A stretch of DNA of 64,000 nt. Source: Myxococcota bacterium (lineage in GTDB: Bacteria > Myxococcota_A > UBA9160 > UBA4427). Both the position numbers and the translations under genes were made by a program. The notes beneath the pieces are model-generated. The model was not told the DNA's origin, did no database searches, and saw only the letters and a list, made by a program, of their open reading frames with translations. The DNA lies in NCBI GenBank assembly GCA_965250285.1, contig OZ252299.1:4928001-4992000 (forward strand). The letters are read 5' to 3'. This document shows positions 41,754 through 53,558 of this stretch, in pieces (within the stretch, counting starts at the first letter, position 1; each line of letters begins with the position of its first letter).

Positions 41754-42896
41754 ATGGATTTCTCTCTCGACGACGACCTGCTCGTCCTCCAGCAAACCGC
41801 CCGTCGCTTCGCCGACGAAGAGGTGATCCCGATCGCCGCCGAGCACGACCGCACGGGCGAGTTCCCGCGCAAGGTCATCGAGAAGGCGTGGGAGCTCGGT
41901 CTCGCGAGCACGTGTATCCCCGAGCAATTCGGCGGCGTCGACCTGTCGATCCAGGGCAGCTGCGTCGTGGTCGAGGAGATCTCGCGTGGCTGTGCCGGCA
42001 TCGCGACCTCGGTCATGTGCAACGACCTCGGGCTCACGCCGATTCTCGTCGGCGGCAGCGAGGCCCAGCAGGAGCGCTGGCTCGCGCCGTGCGCCGAAGA
42101 GTTCAAGCTCGTTTCGTTCTGCCTGAGCGAGCCTGCCGCCGGTTCGGACGTCGCCGGTCTGCAGCTGCACGCGGAGAAGCAGGGCGATGAATACGTTCTG
42201 AATGGCACGAAAGCGTGGATCACGAACGGGGGCGAGGCCGACCTCTTCACCGTGTTCGCAACGCTCGATCGTTCGAGTCGGCACAAGGGCATCTGCGCAT
42301 TCGCGATCGAGCGCGGGACCCCGGGGCTCGAGCCCGGCAAGAAAGAGGACAAGCTCGGGCAGCGCGCGAGCGACACGCGCGTGATCCACTTCGACGATGT
42401 CCGTGTCAAGGCGGACCAGCGACTGGGAGAAGAAGGCGAGGGCTTCAAGATCGCCATGCAGACCCTCGATCGCAGTCGCCCCATGATCGGCGCGCTCGCG
42501 GTTGGGATCGCTCGCCGCGCGCTCGAGGAGAGCGTCGGTTACGTCGGCGAGCGCAAGGCATTCGGCCAGCCGATCGGCGACTTCCAGGGCATTCAGTTCA
42601 TGCTCGCCGACATGGACAAGGACATCGAGGCGAGCCGCCTGCTCACGATGCAGAGCGCGTGGATGGTCGACCAGGGGCTGCACGCGTCGCGCCAGAGCTC
42701 GATCGCCAAGTGCTTCGCGACCGACGCGGCCATGAAGGCGACCGTCGATGCCGTGCAGGTCTTCGGCGGGAACGGCTACACCCGCGAGTACCCGGTCGAG
42801 AAGCTGATGCGCGACGCCAAGCTGATGCAAATCTACGAGGGCACGAACCAGATCCAGCGCGTCGTGATCGCTCGCGAGCTGCTCGCCGGCAACTAG
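41754..42896 (+). CDS. Acyl-CoA dehydrogenase
   Basis: [47 protein letters not shown]. Confidence 0.95.
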   Translation: MDFSLDDDLLVLQQTARRFADEEVIPIAAEHDRTGEFPRKVIEKAWELGLASTCIPEQFGGVDLSIQGSCVVVEEISRGCAGIATSVMCNDLGLTPILVGGSEAQQERWLAPCAEEFKLVSFCLSEPAAGSDVAGLQLHAEKQGDEYVLNGTKAWITNGGEADLFTVFATLDRSSRHKGICAFAIERGTPGLEPGKKEDKLGQRASDTRVIHFDDVRVKADQRLGEEGEGFKIAMQTLDRSRPMIGALAVGIARRALEESVGYVGERKAFGQPIGDFQGIQFMLADMDKDIEASRLLTMQSAWMVDQGLHASRQSSIAKCFATDAAMKATVDAVQVFGGNGYTREYPVEKLMRDAKLMQIYEGTNQIQRVVIARELLAGN

Positions 42897-43262
42897 CCGG
42901 GCCCAGCCGGCGTCCTCGCACGGGAATCCGGAGACCGGGCCCCGCTGGCGGTGCCGGGGCCGTCGACGGGCGCAGGGCCGGCCGAGTCACCCGGCCCGGC
43001 CGCAGCGAGCGCGCGCTCGGCGGCGGCGGTGCGGATTCCCAGGCCCCGGATGCGGCATCACGCGTGCATCGTGCACACCCGGGCGTTAGAATTTTCGAAC
43101 GACCCGGGCGGCCCCTGGCCCCCCGGGTCGGGGCTTCTTCGGAGCCGACCCGGCGCGGCGCCGCGGCGGCTACCCAGAGCGCCCAAGCGACCCCCCGCGC
43201 ATCCCCGACGCGAGTGACATCCGGGACAAGTGCTTCGAGCGGGCGGGTCAGAGGATGGTCCA

Positions 43263-44549
43263 GTGAGTCTCAAGAAAGACGCCCTCGCGTATCACTCGGA
43301 GGGACGTCCCGGCAAGCTCAAGGTCGTTCCAACGAAGCCAACCGTCACGGCGGATGACCTCTCCCTCGCCTACACGCCCGGCGTCGCCGCGCCCTGCCTC
43401 GAGATCGAGAAGGACGAAGACCGCGCCTACAGCTACACCGCGAAGGGCAACCTCGTGGCGGTGATCACGAACGGCACCGCGGTGCTCGGTCTCGGCAACA
43501 TCGGCGCGCTCGCCGGCAAGCCCGTGATGGAGGGCAAGGGCGTCCTCTTCAAGCGCTTCGCCGACATCGACGTGTTCGACATCGAGATCGACTCGACCGA
43601 CCCCGAAGAGGTGATCCGCACCTGTGAGCTGATCGGCGGCACCTTTGGTGGGATCAATCTCGAAGACATTCGTGCGCCCGAGTGCTTCGAGATCGAGACG
43701 CGGCTGCAGGAGTCGCTCGACATTCCGGTCTTTCACGACGACCAGCACGGCACGGCGATCATCTCGGCCGCCGCCCTGCTGAATGCGCTCGAGATCGGTG
43801 GCAAGCAGATCGGAGACATCCGCGTGGTGGTGTCGGGCGCCGGCGCTGCATCGATCGCGTGCATGAAGCTCTACAAGAGCCTCGGTGTGCGCGGCGAGAA
43901 CATCCTCATGACCGACAGCCGGGGCGTGATCTACAAGGGCCGCGGCGAGGGTATGAACGAGTTCAAGGAAGAGTTTGCGGCCGAGACCGATGCGCGCACG
44001 CTGGCCGACGCGATGGTCGGCAGCGACGTGTTCGTCGGGCTTTCGCAGGCCGGCATCGTGACCCAGGACATGGTCAAGTCGATGGCCGACCGCCCCATCA
44101 TCTTCGCCATGGCCAACCCCGACCCCGAGATCACGCCCGACGAGGTCAAGGCGGCGCGCAGCGACGCCATCGTCGCCACGGGGCGCTCGGACTTCCCGAA
44201 CCAGGTCAACAACGTGCTCGGGTTCCCCTTCATCTTCCGCGGCGCGCTCGACGTACGGGCGAAGGCGATCAACGAAGAGATGAAGCTCGCTGCCGTGCAC
44301 GCCCTGGCCGAGCTCGCCCAGCGGGGCGAGCCGGTGCCCGACGTCGTGCGGCGCGCGTATCCCGAAGAGGCGTTCGACTTCGGGCCCGACTACATCATCC
44401 CCAAGCCCTTCGATTCGCGCGTGCTGCTCTATGTCGCGCCGGCCGTGGCCCAGGCGGCGATGGATACCGGCGTCGCGCGCAAGACGGTCGACCTGCGCGA
44501 ATACGAGAAGACGCTGCAGCAGAAGGTCGCGGAGATCGCCGCGCTCTAG
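43263..44549 (+). CDS. NAD(P)-dependent malic enzyme (no PTA domain)
   Basis: [40 protein letters not shown]. Confidence 0.93.
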   Translation: MSLKKDALAYHSEGRPGKLKVVPTKPTVTADDLSLAYTPGVAAPCLEIEKDEDRAYSYTAKGNLVAVITNGTAVLGLGNIGALAGKPVMEGKGVLFKRFADIDVFDIEIDSTDPEEVIRTCELIGGTFGGINLEDIRAPECFEIETRLQESLDIPVFHDDQHGTAIISAAALLNALEIGGKQIGDIRVVVSGAGAASIACMKLYKSLGVRGENILMTDSRGVIYKGRGEGMNEFKEEFAAETDARTLADAMVGSDVFVGLSQAGIVTQDMVKSMADRPIIFAMANPDPEITPDEVKAARSDAIVATGRSDFPNQVNNVLGFPFIFRGALDVRAKAINEEMKLAAVHALAELAQRGEPVPDVVRRAYPEEAFDFGPDYIIPKPFDSRVLLYVAPAVAQAAMDTGVARKTVDLREYEKTLQQKVAEIAAL

Positions 44550-44569
44550 CGCTGCGGCGTCGGCTGCCC

Positions 44570-46240
<1,671 letters not shown>

Positions 46241-46285
46241 GCTTCGGGCGCGATGCGCCGGTGCTCGATGAGAGGGAGGGGCCGC

Positions 46286-47500
46286 ATGAAGCGGATCATC
46301 GCCGGTGTCGTCGTGGGCGGCCTCGTCGTCGCCGCTGCGATCGCCTTCTTCTATCAGCGCGAGGCCCAGCGGCTCTCCTTCGCCGCCTCGCTCTTCTCGG
46401 GCGCCGAGCAGTACGAGCGCTTCGATCGTCTCGACCAGTACTTTCCGACGGTCGACGTGGCTGCGCCTGTCGAGCCCACTGCGTTCCCCACCGGGCCGCT
46501 GATTTCGATGCCGGCGACGTTCGAGTACCTGGGCGAGACGGTCGACACCGAGGTGTTCCTCGAAGAGACCGATACGAGCGCGCTGCTCGTGCTGCAGGAC
46601 GGTGCGCTGCGCTACGAGCGCTACATGCTCACGGGCGGCCCCGATGTGCGCTGGCTCTCGATGTCGGTCGCCAAGAGCTTCGTCTCGGCCGCGCTGGGCA
46701 TCGCGGTCGCCGAAGGCCACATCGAGCGCATCGAAGACCCGGTCACGAAGTACGTGCCCTCACTCGCGGGCTCGGCCTACGACGGTGTGTCGATCAAGGA
46801 CGTTCTGCAGATGTCGTCCGGTGCGAGCTGGAACGAGGACTACAGCGATCCCGAATCGGACATCAACCGCATCGGCCGCGTCCTCGCCGTGGGCGGATCG
46901 CTCGAATCGCTCGCAGCGACGATGGAGCCCGACCTCGAGCCCGGCACGTTCAACCGGTACAACTCGATGGATACGACGGTCCTGACCCTGGTGCTCGTGC
47001 GAGCGACCGGGCGGACCGTCGCGGATTTCATGGAAGAGAAGCTCTGGCGGCCGATCGGCGCAGAGTCGCCGGCGTTCTGGCTGATCGACAGCGACGGGGT
47101 CGAGATGGGCTTCTTCGGTCTCAACGCCACGGCCCGTGACTACGCGAAGTTCGGCGAGCTCTACCGGCGCGGGGGTGACTGGTTTGGCGCGCAGCTCGTT
47201 CCGGCCGACTGGGTCACGGCGTCGGTCACCCCCGACGCGCCGCACCTGATGCCCGGGGACCACCCCTTCAGCGACTATCCCATGGGCTACGGCTATCAGT
47301 GGTGGGTGATGGACGGCGACGAAGGCGAGTACTCGGCGATCGGGGTGTACAACCAGTTCATCTACGTGAATCCCGCGAAGCGTCTGGTGATCGTCAAGCT
47401 GTCGGCGAACAGCGACTACGGCACGACGGCCGACGAGTCGAGCTACCGCGAGTTCGAGACGCTCGAGTTCTTTCGGGCGGTCGGCGACGCAGCCGGCTGA
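46286..47500 (+). CDS. Serine hydrolase, beta-lactamase class C / NylB-like
   Basis: SVAKS (SxxK), YNS, GYGYQWW; N-terminal TM or signal segment. Confidence 0.88.
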   Translation: MKRIIAGVVVGGLVVAAAIAFFYQREAQRLSFAASLFSGAEQYERFDRLDQYFPTVDVAAPVEPTAFPTGPLISMPATFEYLGETVDTEVFLEETDTSALLVLQDGALRYERYMLTGGPDVRWLSMSVAKSFVSAALGIAVAEGHIERIEDPVTKYVPSLAGSAYDGVSIKDVLQMSSGASWNEDYSDPESDINRIGRVLAVGGSLESLAATMEPDLEPGTFNRYNSMDTTVLTLVLVRATGRTVADFMEEKLWRPIGAESPAFWLIDSDGVEMGFFGLNATARDYAKFGELYRRGGDWFGAQLVPADWVTASVTPDAPHLMPGDHPFSDYPMGYGYQWWVMDGDEGEYSAIGVYNQFIYVNPAKRLVIVKLSANSDYGTTADESSYREFETLEFFRAVGDAAG

Positions 47501-47565
47501 GCGTTTCGCGAACACCCTGGACGCGCGCGACGACCTCGGTGCAGAATCGAAGGGGAGGTCATCCC

Positions 47566-48360
47566 ATGCCGCAGATTCCGATCCGCAAAGCGACAGACGA
47601 CGCCGATGAGCTCTACGCGGCGCTCGACGAAGCGGGTTGCCTCGTGGTGACCGGTGCCTTCGACGCCGCCGCGGGCGCGCGCGTGCGCGCCGAGCTCGAG
47701 CCACACATGCCCGAGCCCGGCGGCGCGACCGATCTCGACGACCCCGATTCCTTCTATCCGGGCAAGACGCGGCGGACGACGGCGCTCGTCGCGCGTTCGG
47801 AGCAGGTGCGCGAGCTCGTCGTGCATCCCGTCGCGAGGTCGCTCTGCGACCGACACCTGTTGCCCGGTTGCGAGCAGTATCGGCTGCACGTCACCGCCGG
47901 GCTCGAGGTCGGGCCGGGCGCGCGCAAGCAGATCCTCCACCGCGAGGAAGATCCGTTCTCGTTCTTTCCCATGCCGCGACCGAAGCTGATCCTCGCGACG
48001 ATGTGGGCGATCTCCGACTTCACCGCGGCCAACGGTGGCACGCAGCTGGTGCCGGGCAGCCACCGATGGGAGGCCGGCCGCGAAGCCGAGCCCGACGAGA
48101 TCGTGCAGGCCGAGATGCCCGCCGGGTCGGTGCTGTTCTGGGTCGGGGGGCTGCTGCACGGGGCCGGGGCGAACGTCTCGGAAGACTGGCGCTACGGCGT
48201 GATCCTGACGTACTCGCTGGGCTGGCTGCGGCAGGAGGAGAACCAGGCGCTCGACGTGCCGGCCGAGGTGGCGGCGACCCTCACGCCCGAGCTGCAGGCG
48301 CTCACCAGTCGCACGATGTGCGGCTCGCTCGGCTTCTTCGATCCACGGATGCAGAGCTAG
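47566..48360 (+). CDS. Phytanoyl-CoA dioxygenase family Fe(II)/2OG enzyme
   Basis: QILHRE, NGGT.LVPGSH, LHGAG.N, RQEEN; GGAGG RBS. Confidence 0.88.
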   Translation: MPQIPIRKATDDADELYAALDEAGCLVVTGAFDAAAGARVRAELEPHMPEPGGATDLDDPDSFYPGKTRRTTALVARSEQVRELVVHPVARSLCDRHLLPGCEQYRLHVTAGLEVGPGARKQILHREEDPFSFFPMPRPKLILATMWAISDFTAANGGTQLVPGSHRWEAGREAEPDEIVQAEMPAGSVLFWVGGLLHGAGANVSEDWRYGVILTYSLGWLRQEENQALDVPAEVAATLTPELQALTSRTMCGSLGFFDPRMQS

Positions 48361-48372
48361 GGCGGCTGGGCG

Positions 48373-49152
48373 TCAGCTCGTGGCCGCCTCGTTCGTCTCT
48401 TCCGTTTCTTCGGCCTCGCGCTTCGCACGCCGTCGCGCCGGGTCGAAGAGCCAGGCGACCCCGACGCCGAGCAGATAGAGCACGATCATGGGCAGGCCGA
48501 GCAGCACCTGACTCACGACGTCGGGTGGCGTGAGGATCGCGGCGGTCACGAAGATGATCAGCACCGCGTAGGGCGTGGCCTTGAGCAGCTGCGGCGCGCT
48601 CACGATGCCCGAGATCGAAAGGAAGAACACGAAGAGCGGCAGCTCGAACGCGATGCCGAACGCGAGGAAGAGCCGCGTCGTCAGCTTGAAGACCTCGGAC
48701 ATCGTCCACGCCGAGGCGACGAACTCGTTCGAGAAGCTGTCGAAGAACTGGAACACCAGCGGGAAGACCTGGGTGTATCCGAAGGTCGCTCCGCCCGCGA
48801 AGAGCACGGTCGAGAACAGCACGAACGGGATCACGAACTTCTTCTCGTTCGCGTAGAGCCCTGGGGCGACGAACGACCAGATCTGCCAGAAGATGATGGG
48901 CAGATCGAGGATGAAGCCGGCGAGCAGCGCGCTCTTGAGGTAGGTGAAGAAGATCTCGCCGGGCGCGATGGCCTGGAGCGATCCGCCTTCGAGCGCGAGC
49001 GCATCGACCGCCGGCGCGAGCAGGAAACCGAAGATCTGCTCGGCGAAGGCGAACGACGCGATCGCGCACACGACCCACGTACCGAGAATCACCGCAATGC
49101 ACTTGCGCAGATCGGCGAGATGCTCGGTGACCGGCGCCTCGTGCTCTTCCAT
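48373..49152 (-). CDS. tatC: Twin-arginine translocase subunit C
   Basis: HLADLR, FVAPGLY..E, FELP, LTPPD. Confidence 0.95.
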   Translation of the reverse strand: MEEHEAPVTEHLADLRKCIAVILGTWVVCAIASFAFAEQIFGFLLAPAVDALALEGGSLQAIAPGEIFFTYLKSALLAGFILDLPIIFWQIWSFVAPGLYANEKKFVIPFVLFSTVLFAGGATFGYTQVFPLVFQFFDSFSNEFVASAWTMSEVFKLTTRLFLAFGIAFELPLFVFFLSISGIVSAPQLLKATPYAVLIIFVTAAILTPPDVVSQVLLGLPMIVLYLLGVGVAWLFDPARRRAKREAEETEETNEAATS

Positions 49153-49605
49153 TCAGTCGTCGCGCCCGCTGCGCGCGGGATCCTTCGCCGGGTCGTCGGC
49201 GTCGCCCGTGTCTGCGGTGGATGAAGCGCCCGTGGCCGACGAAGCACCGGCGGTCTCTTCCGTCTCTTCGCGGTGCAGCTCGTCGTTCGATTCATCGGCG
49301 AGTTCGGCCATCACCGCGGCCTCGGCGGCGGGGTCGGGGCCGCCGATCGTCTGCGCGGGGGCGGGCTGGTAGTCGCGATCGCCGAGCAGATCGCGCTCGT
49401 CCTCGTCGGTCTTCGGTCGCGGCGGCGGCGGGCGGTTCGCGTCGGGCTCCATCGAGAGTGCCCCACGCAGGTCAGCTGAGGCGCGCCTGAACTCGGCCAT
49501 CCCTTTGCCGAGGGTGCGCGCGAGCTCGGGCAGGCGCTTCGGCCCGAACACGAGCAGCGCGATCACGGCGAGGAACGCCATCTCCTGAAAGCCGATCCCG
49601 AACAT
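49153..49605 (-). CDS. tatB: Twin-arginine translocase subunit B (TatA/B family)
   Basis: MFGIGFQE...ALLVFGPKRLPELARTLGK; adjacent to tatC. Confidence 0.85.
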   Translation of the reverse strand: MFGIGFQEMAFLAVIALLVFGPKRLPELARTLGKGMAEFRRASADLRGALSMEPDANRPPPPRPKTDEDERDLLGDRDYQPAPAQTIGGPDPAAEAAVMAELADESNDELHREETEETAGASSATGASSTADTGDADDPAKDPARSGRDD

Positions 49606-49808
49606 CGCATGAAATCTAGCAGGGTGGTCGGCGCGACCGGCCACATCGGGTCGGCGGGCCACCCCACAATCAGGGCGGAAGACAGGACGAGACGCGAGGC
49701 GGGTGGGAGATGGGGACCGACCGACACCCCCCCGAATGATCGGCCGGCCCCACCCCTCCGAACGGATCGGGCGCGGGATCTCTCGGATCCCCACCCGACC
49801 GCGCTCTC

Positions 49809-50327
49809 TCACTCGACTCGCGTCTCGCCCCCAGGCACCGGTTCGCCGTGCGGCTCGGCGCCGGTGCGCACCTCGAGAAGCTCCAGACCGAGAGCGACGC
49901 GATCGCCGGCCTCGGGGTTGCACCATGCGACCCGGGCGATGGCCTCGAGCCGCGCTCGTCCGTCGACCTCGCGCACGGTGACGCGCAGCGAGGCGCCCAC
50001 GTCGTGGGTCTCACGGGCCAGCATGCACAGGCCGCCCCGAGATTCGTTCGCCGTGAAGCCGACGGCGCTGTGCTGGCTGGCGTCGCAGCGCGGGTACGGG
50101 CTGTACTCGACCATGCGCACGACCGGGCTTCGCTTCCACGCCCTTCGCGCCATCGAGCCACCCAGCTGGTCGACATCGGGGTCGAGGGCGAGGTCGAGCT
50201 CTTCGTAGGTCGATTGGCCGCGCATCAGCATCGAGTTCGGATCGCTCACCGAGTCATCTCCGTCGTTCGGCATGTCGCTCGTCATCGCTTCGAGAAAGGG
50301 AAGGTCGCGCTCGCGGACAGCGTTCAT
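49809..50327 (-). CDS. PilZ-like domain protein
   Basis: RRAWKR (RxxxR), NESRGG (N/DxSxxG), ARVAW...GLEL; ATGA overlap with the HD-GYP gene. Confidence 0.7.
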   Translation of the reverse strand: MNAVRERDLPFLEAMTSDMPNDGDDSVSDPNSMLMRGQSTYEELDLALDPDVDQLGGSMARRAWKRSPVVRMVEYSPYPRCDASQHSAVGFTANESRGGLCMLARETHDVGASLRVTVREVDGRARLEAIARVAWCNPEAGDRVALGLELLEVRTGAEPHGEPVPGGETRVE

Positions 50328-51589
50328 CGGTCGGTCTCGAGCCAGGCCGTGGCCTGGGCGATCGAGTCGATCGGGTCGTCGCCGGGCTCGAAGGGCATGT
50401 CGCCCAGCGGGCCGACCGCGCAGAGCCCGAGCTCGGCGAGCGAAACGAGCACCCGCACGATCTGCGGATCGAAGGCGCTGCCGGCCTGCTTGCGCAGCGT
50501 CTGGACGGCCTCGGCCGTCGACAGCGCCTTGCGATACGGGTGGGCGTGCGTGAGTCGGTCGAAGTCGTCGGCGACCGCGAGAATGCGCGAGAGCAGCGGG
50601 ATCGATTCGCCGCGCAGCTCGGGCGGCTGCCCTTCCCCGTCCCAGCGATCGTGATGATGAAGGATCGCTTCGCTGACCGATGGCGGATAGCCGAGCGGGG
50701 CCACGAGTCGGGCGCCGACCTCGTGATGATCGGCGGGGCGATCGATGCGCTCGATGCGCTCTTCGAGGGGCTCGCCCTCGATCTCCTCGACGCCGCCGAT
50801 GCGCCCGATGTCGTGCAGGAACGCCGCGACGCGAAGCTCTTCGCAGCGCGGCTCGGGCAGAGACATTCGCTGGGCGATCAGGTCGGCGAGATAGGCGACG
50901 CGGCGGGCGTGGCCCTGCTTGTGCGGCTCGCGGCTCTCGATGGTCTCGGCGAGCGAAGCCAGAAAGTCGTTCCGGCGCTCGCTGTCCTGGCCCTGCCGCA
51001 TGCCGTCGCCCGTCGGCGCGATGGCCTCCTGCACGCGCGCGCGCAGCTCGTAGTCGACGTCGAGGGCCGCGAGCGCCGTCTCGGGGTCGCGGTCGCGACC
51101 GAGCGCCTCGCCGATCCCCTGCAGGAAGGTCACGAGCTGGCTGCGCGAGCCGCGCCGTTCGATGGCTCGGCGCACCGTGCTCGCGACCTCGACCACGTCG
51201 AAGGGCTTGGTCAGATAGTCGAAGACGCCGTTGCGGATCCCGGCCACGGCGGTGTCGACCGACGCGAAGCCGGTGATGACGATGACCTCGATCTGGGGCC
51301 AGCGCTGGCGAACCATGCGCATCAGCTCGTCGCCCTTCATCCCGGGCATGTTGAGGTCGATCGTGACGACCTCGATGTCGGCCTCGCGCTCGAGGGTGCG
51401 CAGCGCCTCGCCGCCCGACTCGGCAGACAACACCTGGTACTGCGGTGAGAGGATCATGCGCAGCGACTCGCGGGGGCCCTTCTCGTCATCGACGACGAGC
51501 ACCGTGGACCGTTCCTGCTCGGGCGCGCTCCCCTCGAGCCGTGCCATGGCATCTTCGATTCGGCGGTTCAGGGAATGAAGCCTCGTCAT
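50324..51589 (-). CDS. Response regulator with HD-GYP phosphodiesterase domain
   Basis: REC (VVDDE, DLNMP, KPF), then GHARRV, LHDIG, HHDRWDGEGQP, ADDFD, PYRK. Confidence 0.9.
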   Translation of the reverse strand: MTRLHSLNRRIEDAMARLEGSAPEQERSTVLVVDDEKGPRESLRMILSPQYQVLSAESGGEALRTLEREADIEVVTIDLNMPGMKGDELMRMVRQRWPQIEVIVITGFASVDTAVAGIRNGVFDYLTKPFDVVEVASTVRRAIERRGSRSQLVTFLQGIGEALGRDRDPETALAALDVDYELRARVQEAIAPTGDGMRQGQDSERRNDFLASLAETIESREPHKQGHARRVAYLADLIAQRMSLPEPRCEELRVAAFLHDIGRIGGVEEIEGEPLEERIERIDRPADHHEVGARLVAPLGYPPSVSEAILHHHDRWDGEGQPPELRGESIPLLSRILAVADDFDRLTHAHPYRKALSTAEAVQTLRKQAGSAFDPQIVRVLVSLAELGLCAVGPLGDMPFEPGDDPIDSIAQATAWLETDR

Positions 51590-51663
51590 GTGCGTTCTCC
51601 GTCTCGCGGCGTCCCGTCTCGGGGGACTCGATCGCTCGGGGGGCGGAATCGACCGCGTATAAG

Positions 51664-51680
51664 AGCAAGGGCCGTGCCCA
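51664..51680 (-). promoter_or_regulatory. sigma54 -24/-12 promoter
   Basis: TGGGCACGGCCCTTGCT, near-consensus GGCAC-N5-TTGC. Confidence 0.8.
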
Positions 51681-51707
51681 ACCTCACCGCGTGCGCAGAA
51701 ATGTCGA

Positions 51708-51720
51708 CAAGTGGTTGATT
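51708..51720 (-). promoter_or_regulatory. IHF binding site
   Basis: AATCAACCACTTG matches WATCAA-N4-TTR exactly. Confidence 0.7.
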
Positions 51721-51780
51721 TCGAAGGAATTTTGGCGCCGGCGGGCCGTGTCGCCGGGCGGCGGGGTCGGCCCGTCCGCC

Positions 51781-51893
51781 GTTCCGATCGGAACGGTGCG
51801 TCGGGGAACGTGGCCCAAGTCACCGGAAAGATTGGTGTTTCGGGGATCGTACCGATCGGAACATCGCGCCGGCGCGCATGTTCGGATCCGAAC
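51781..51893. promoter_or_regulatory. Three 14-bp palindromes (candidate enhancer sites)
   Basis: GTTCCGATCGGAAC at 51781, GTACCGATCGGAAC at 51849, GTTCGGATCCGAAC at 51880. Confidence 0.6.
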
Positions 51894-51903
51894 GCGCAGG
51901 GAC

Positions 51904-53331
51904 TCAGTCGCCGGGCGGCGCCACCCCGAGCTTGTCCATCTTCAGCTTCAGCACCCGGCGCGTGAGGCCGAGCATCTCGGCGGCCCGGGTCTGGTTCCAG
52001 TCAGCCTGCTCGAGCGCCTCGCGCAGCATGGTCTCTTCGAAGCGCGCGACTGCGTCCTCGAAGCCGATCCGCCCCTGGCGCCAGTCTTCGCGCAGCGCCT
52101 CGTCGCTCCCGGCCCGGTGGATCGCCTCAGGAAGATGAGCCAGATCGATCGGGCCGCCTTCGCTCAGCGCAAGGCCGTGCTCGATTGCGTTCTCGAGCTC
52201 ACGGACATTGCCGGGCCAGGGGTACGACTCGAGCGCGGCGCGTGCCGGCCGTGAGAGTCGCGGTCGTTCGGGCGCGGCCTCTTCGGGCTTCGCGTCGCCG
52301 TCGGCCGCCCCGGTGTCGGCATGGGAATGGGCATGCGCGACGCCGCGCTCGATGAAGACGCCGGCGAGCAGGGCGATGTCTTCGCGCCGCTCGCGCAGCG
52401 GCGGCAGGCCCAGGGGCACGACGTTGATCCGATAGAAGAGATCCTCGCGAAAACGCCCCTCTTCGACCTCCTTCTTCAGGTCGCGGTGGGTCGCCGCGAT
52501 GACGCGCACGTCGACGGCGACCTCGTCGCTCGATCCGACGCGTTGGACGACGCGCTCCTGCAGCGCGCGCAGTAGCTTGACCTGCACGTCGGCCGGCAGC
52601 TCGCCGATCTCGTCGAGCAGCAGCGTGCCCCTGTGCGCCGCCTCGAAGCGGCCGATGCGGCGCTCATGGGCCCCGGTGAAGGCGCCGCGTTCGTGGCCGA
52701 AGAGCTCGCTCTCGACGAGATCGCGAGGGATCGCGCCGCAGTTGACCGCCACGAACGGGCCGTCGCCGCGGGGGGAGAGGCCGTGGATCGCCCGGGCAGC
52801 GAGCTCTTTGCCCGTGCCGCTCTCACCCGTCAGCAGCACCGTCGCGCGGGCCTTTGCGATTCGCTCGATGTCGTGGAAGACCGCGCGCATCGCGGGACTG
52901 CGGCCCACCATCTCGCCGAGTCGCTGGCGATCTTCGACCTCGTCCCGCAGACGGACGACTTCGGCCTCGAGGGCGCGATGTTCGAGCAGCTGGCGCACCT
53001 TGATGCGCAGGGCGTCGAGCTCGAAGGGCTTCGTGACGAAGTCGCGAGCCCCGAGCTTCATCGCCTCGACAGCGACGGCCACCGTGTTCGTGGCCGTGAG
53101 GACGACGACCGGGATCGGCAGCCCGCGCTCAGCCAGCTCGGCGAGCAGCTCGAGACCGTTTCGGCCCGGCATCATCACGTCGAGCAGCACGAGGTCGGGT
53201 GCCCTCTGCCCGATCGACTCGAGCGCGGCATCGACGCCGTCCGCCGTCTCGACCTCGCACTCGCTCTTGAGCAGCATGCGAAGCGACTCGCGGACAGCCG
53301 GTTCGTCGTCGACCACCAGAACGCGGGACAT
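51904..53331 (-). CDS. NtrC/AtoC-family sigma54-dependent response regulator
   Basis: REC, GESGTGKE, ESELFGHERGAFTGA, LDEIGE, WPGNVREL, C-terminal HTH. Confidence 0.95.
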   Translation of the reverse strand: MSRVLVVDDEPAVRESLRMLLKSECEVETADGVDAALESIGQRAPDLVLLDVMMPGRNGLELLAELAERGLPIPVVVLTATNTVAVAVEAMKLGARDFVTKPFELDALRIKVRQLLEHRALEAEVVRLRDEVEDRQRLGEMVGRSPAMRAVFHDIERIAKARATVLLTGESGTGKELAARAIHGLSPRGDGPFVAVNCGAIPRDLVESELFGHERGAFTGAHERRIGRFEAAHRGTLLLDEIGELPADVQVKLLRALQERVVQRVGSSDEVAVDVRVIAATHRDLKKEVEEGRFREDLFYRINVVPLGLPPLRERREDIALLAGVFIERGVAHAHSHADTGAADGDAKPEEAAPERPRLSRPARAALESYPWPGNVRELENAIEHGLALSEGGPIDLAHLPEAIHRAGSDEALREDWRQGRIGFEDAVARFEETMLREALEQADWNQTRAAEMLGLTRRVLKLKMDKLGVAPPGD

Positions 53332-53472
53332 CCACGGCAAGCTACCACAGGGCGTCGGCGCGACGAGCCGTGACGCGCGCGCGCCGGCTCGGCTCGTCGT
53401 GTTCGGCTTCGCTTTGTCGGTCGAACGGTCCGGTTCTCGGTCCGGCTCGCGGCGCGGGGGGCGCCGCGCGCT

Positions 53473-53558
53473 TCACGCGACGGGCGCCACGCGTTTCACG
53501 CTGCGGGCGCCACGCGTTTTCACGCTGCGGGCGCCACGCGTGTCACGCGGCAGGCAGC
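53473..53558. repeat. 23-24-bp tandem repeat (3 copies) echoing the adjacent gene end
   Basis: TCACGC.[GA]CGGGCGCCACGCGT at 53473, 53496, 53520; gene end TCACGCGGCAGGC at 53543. Confidence 0.85.
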
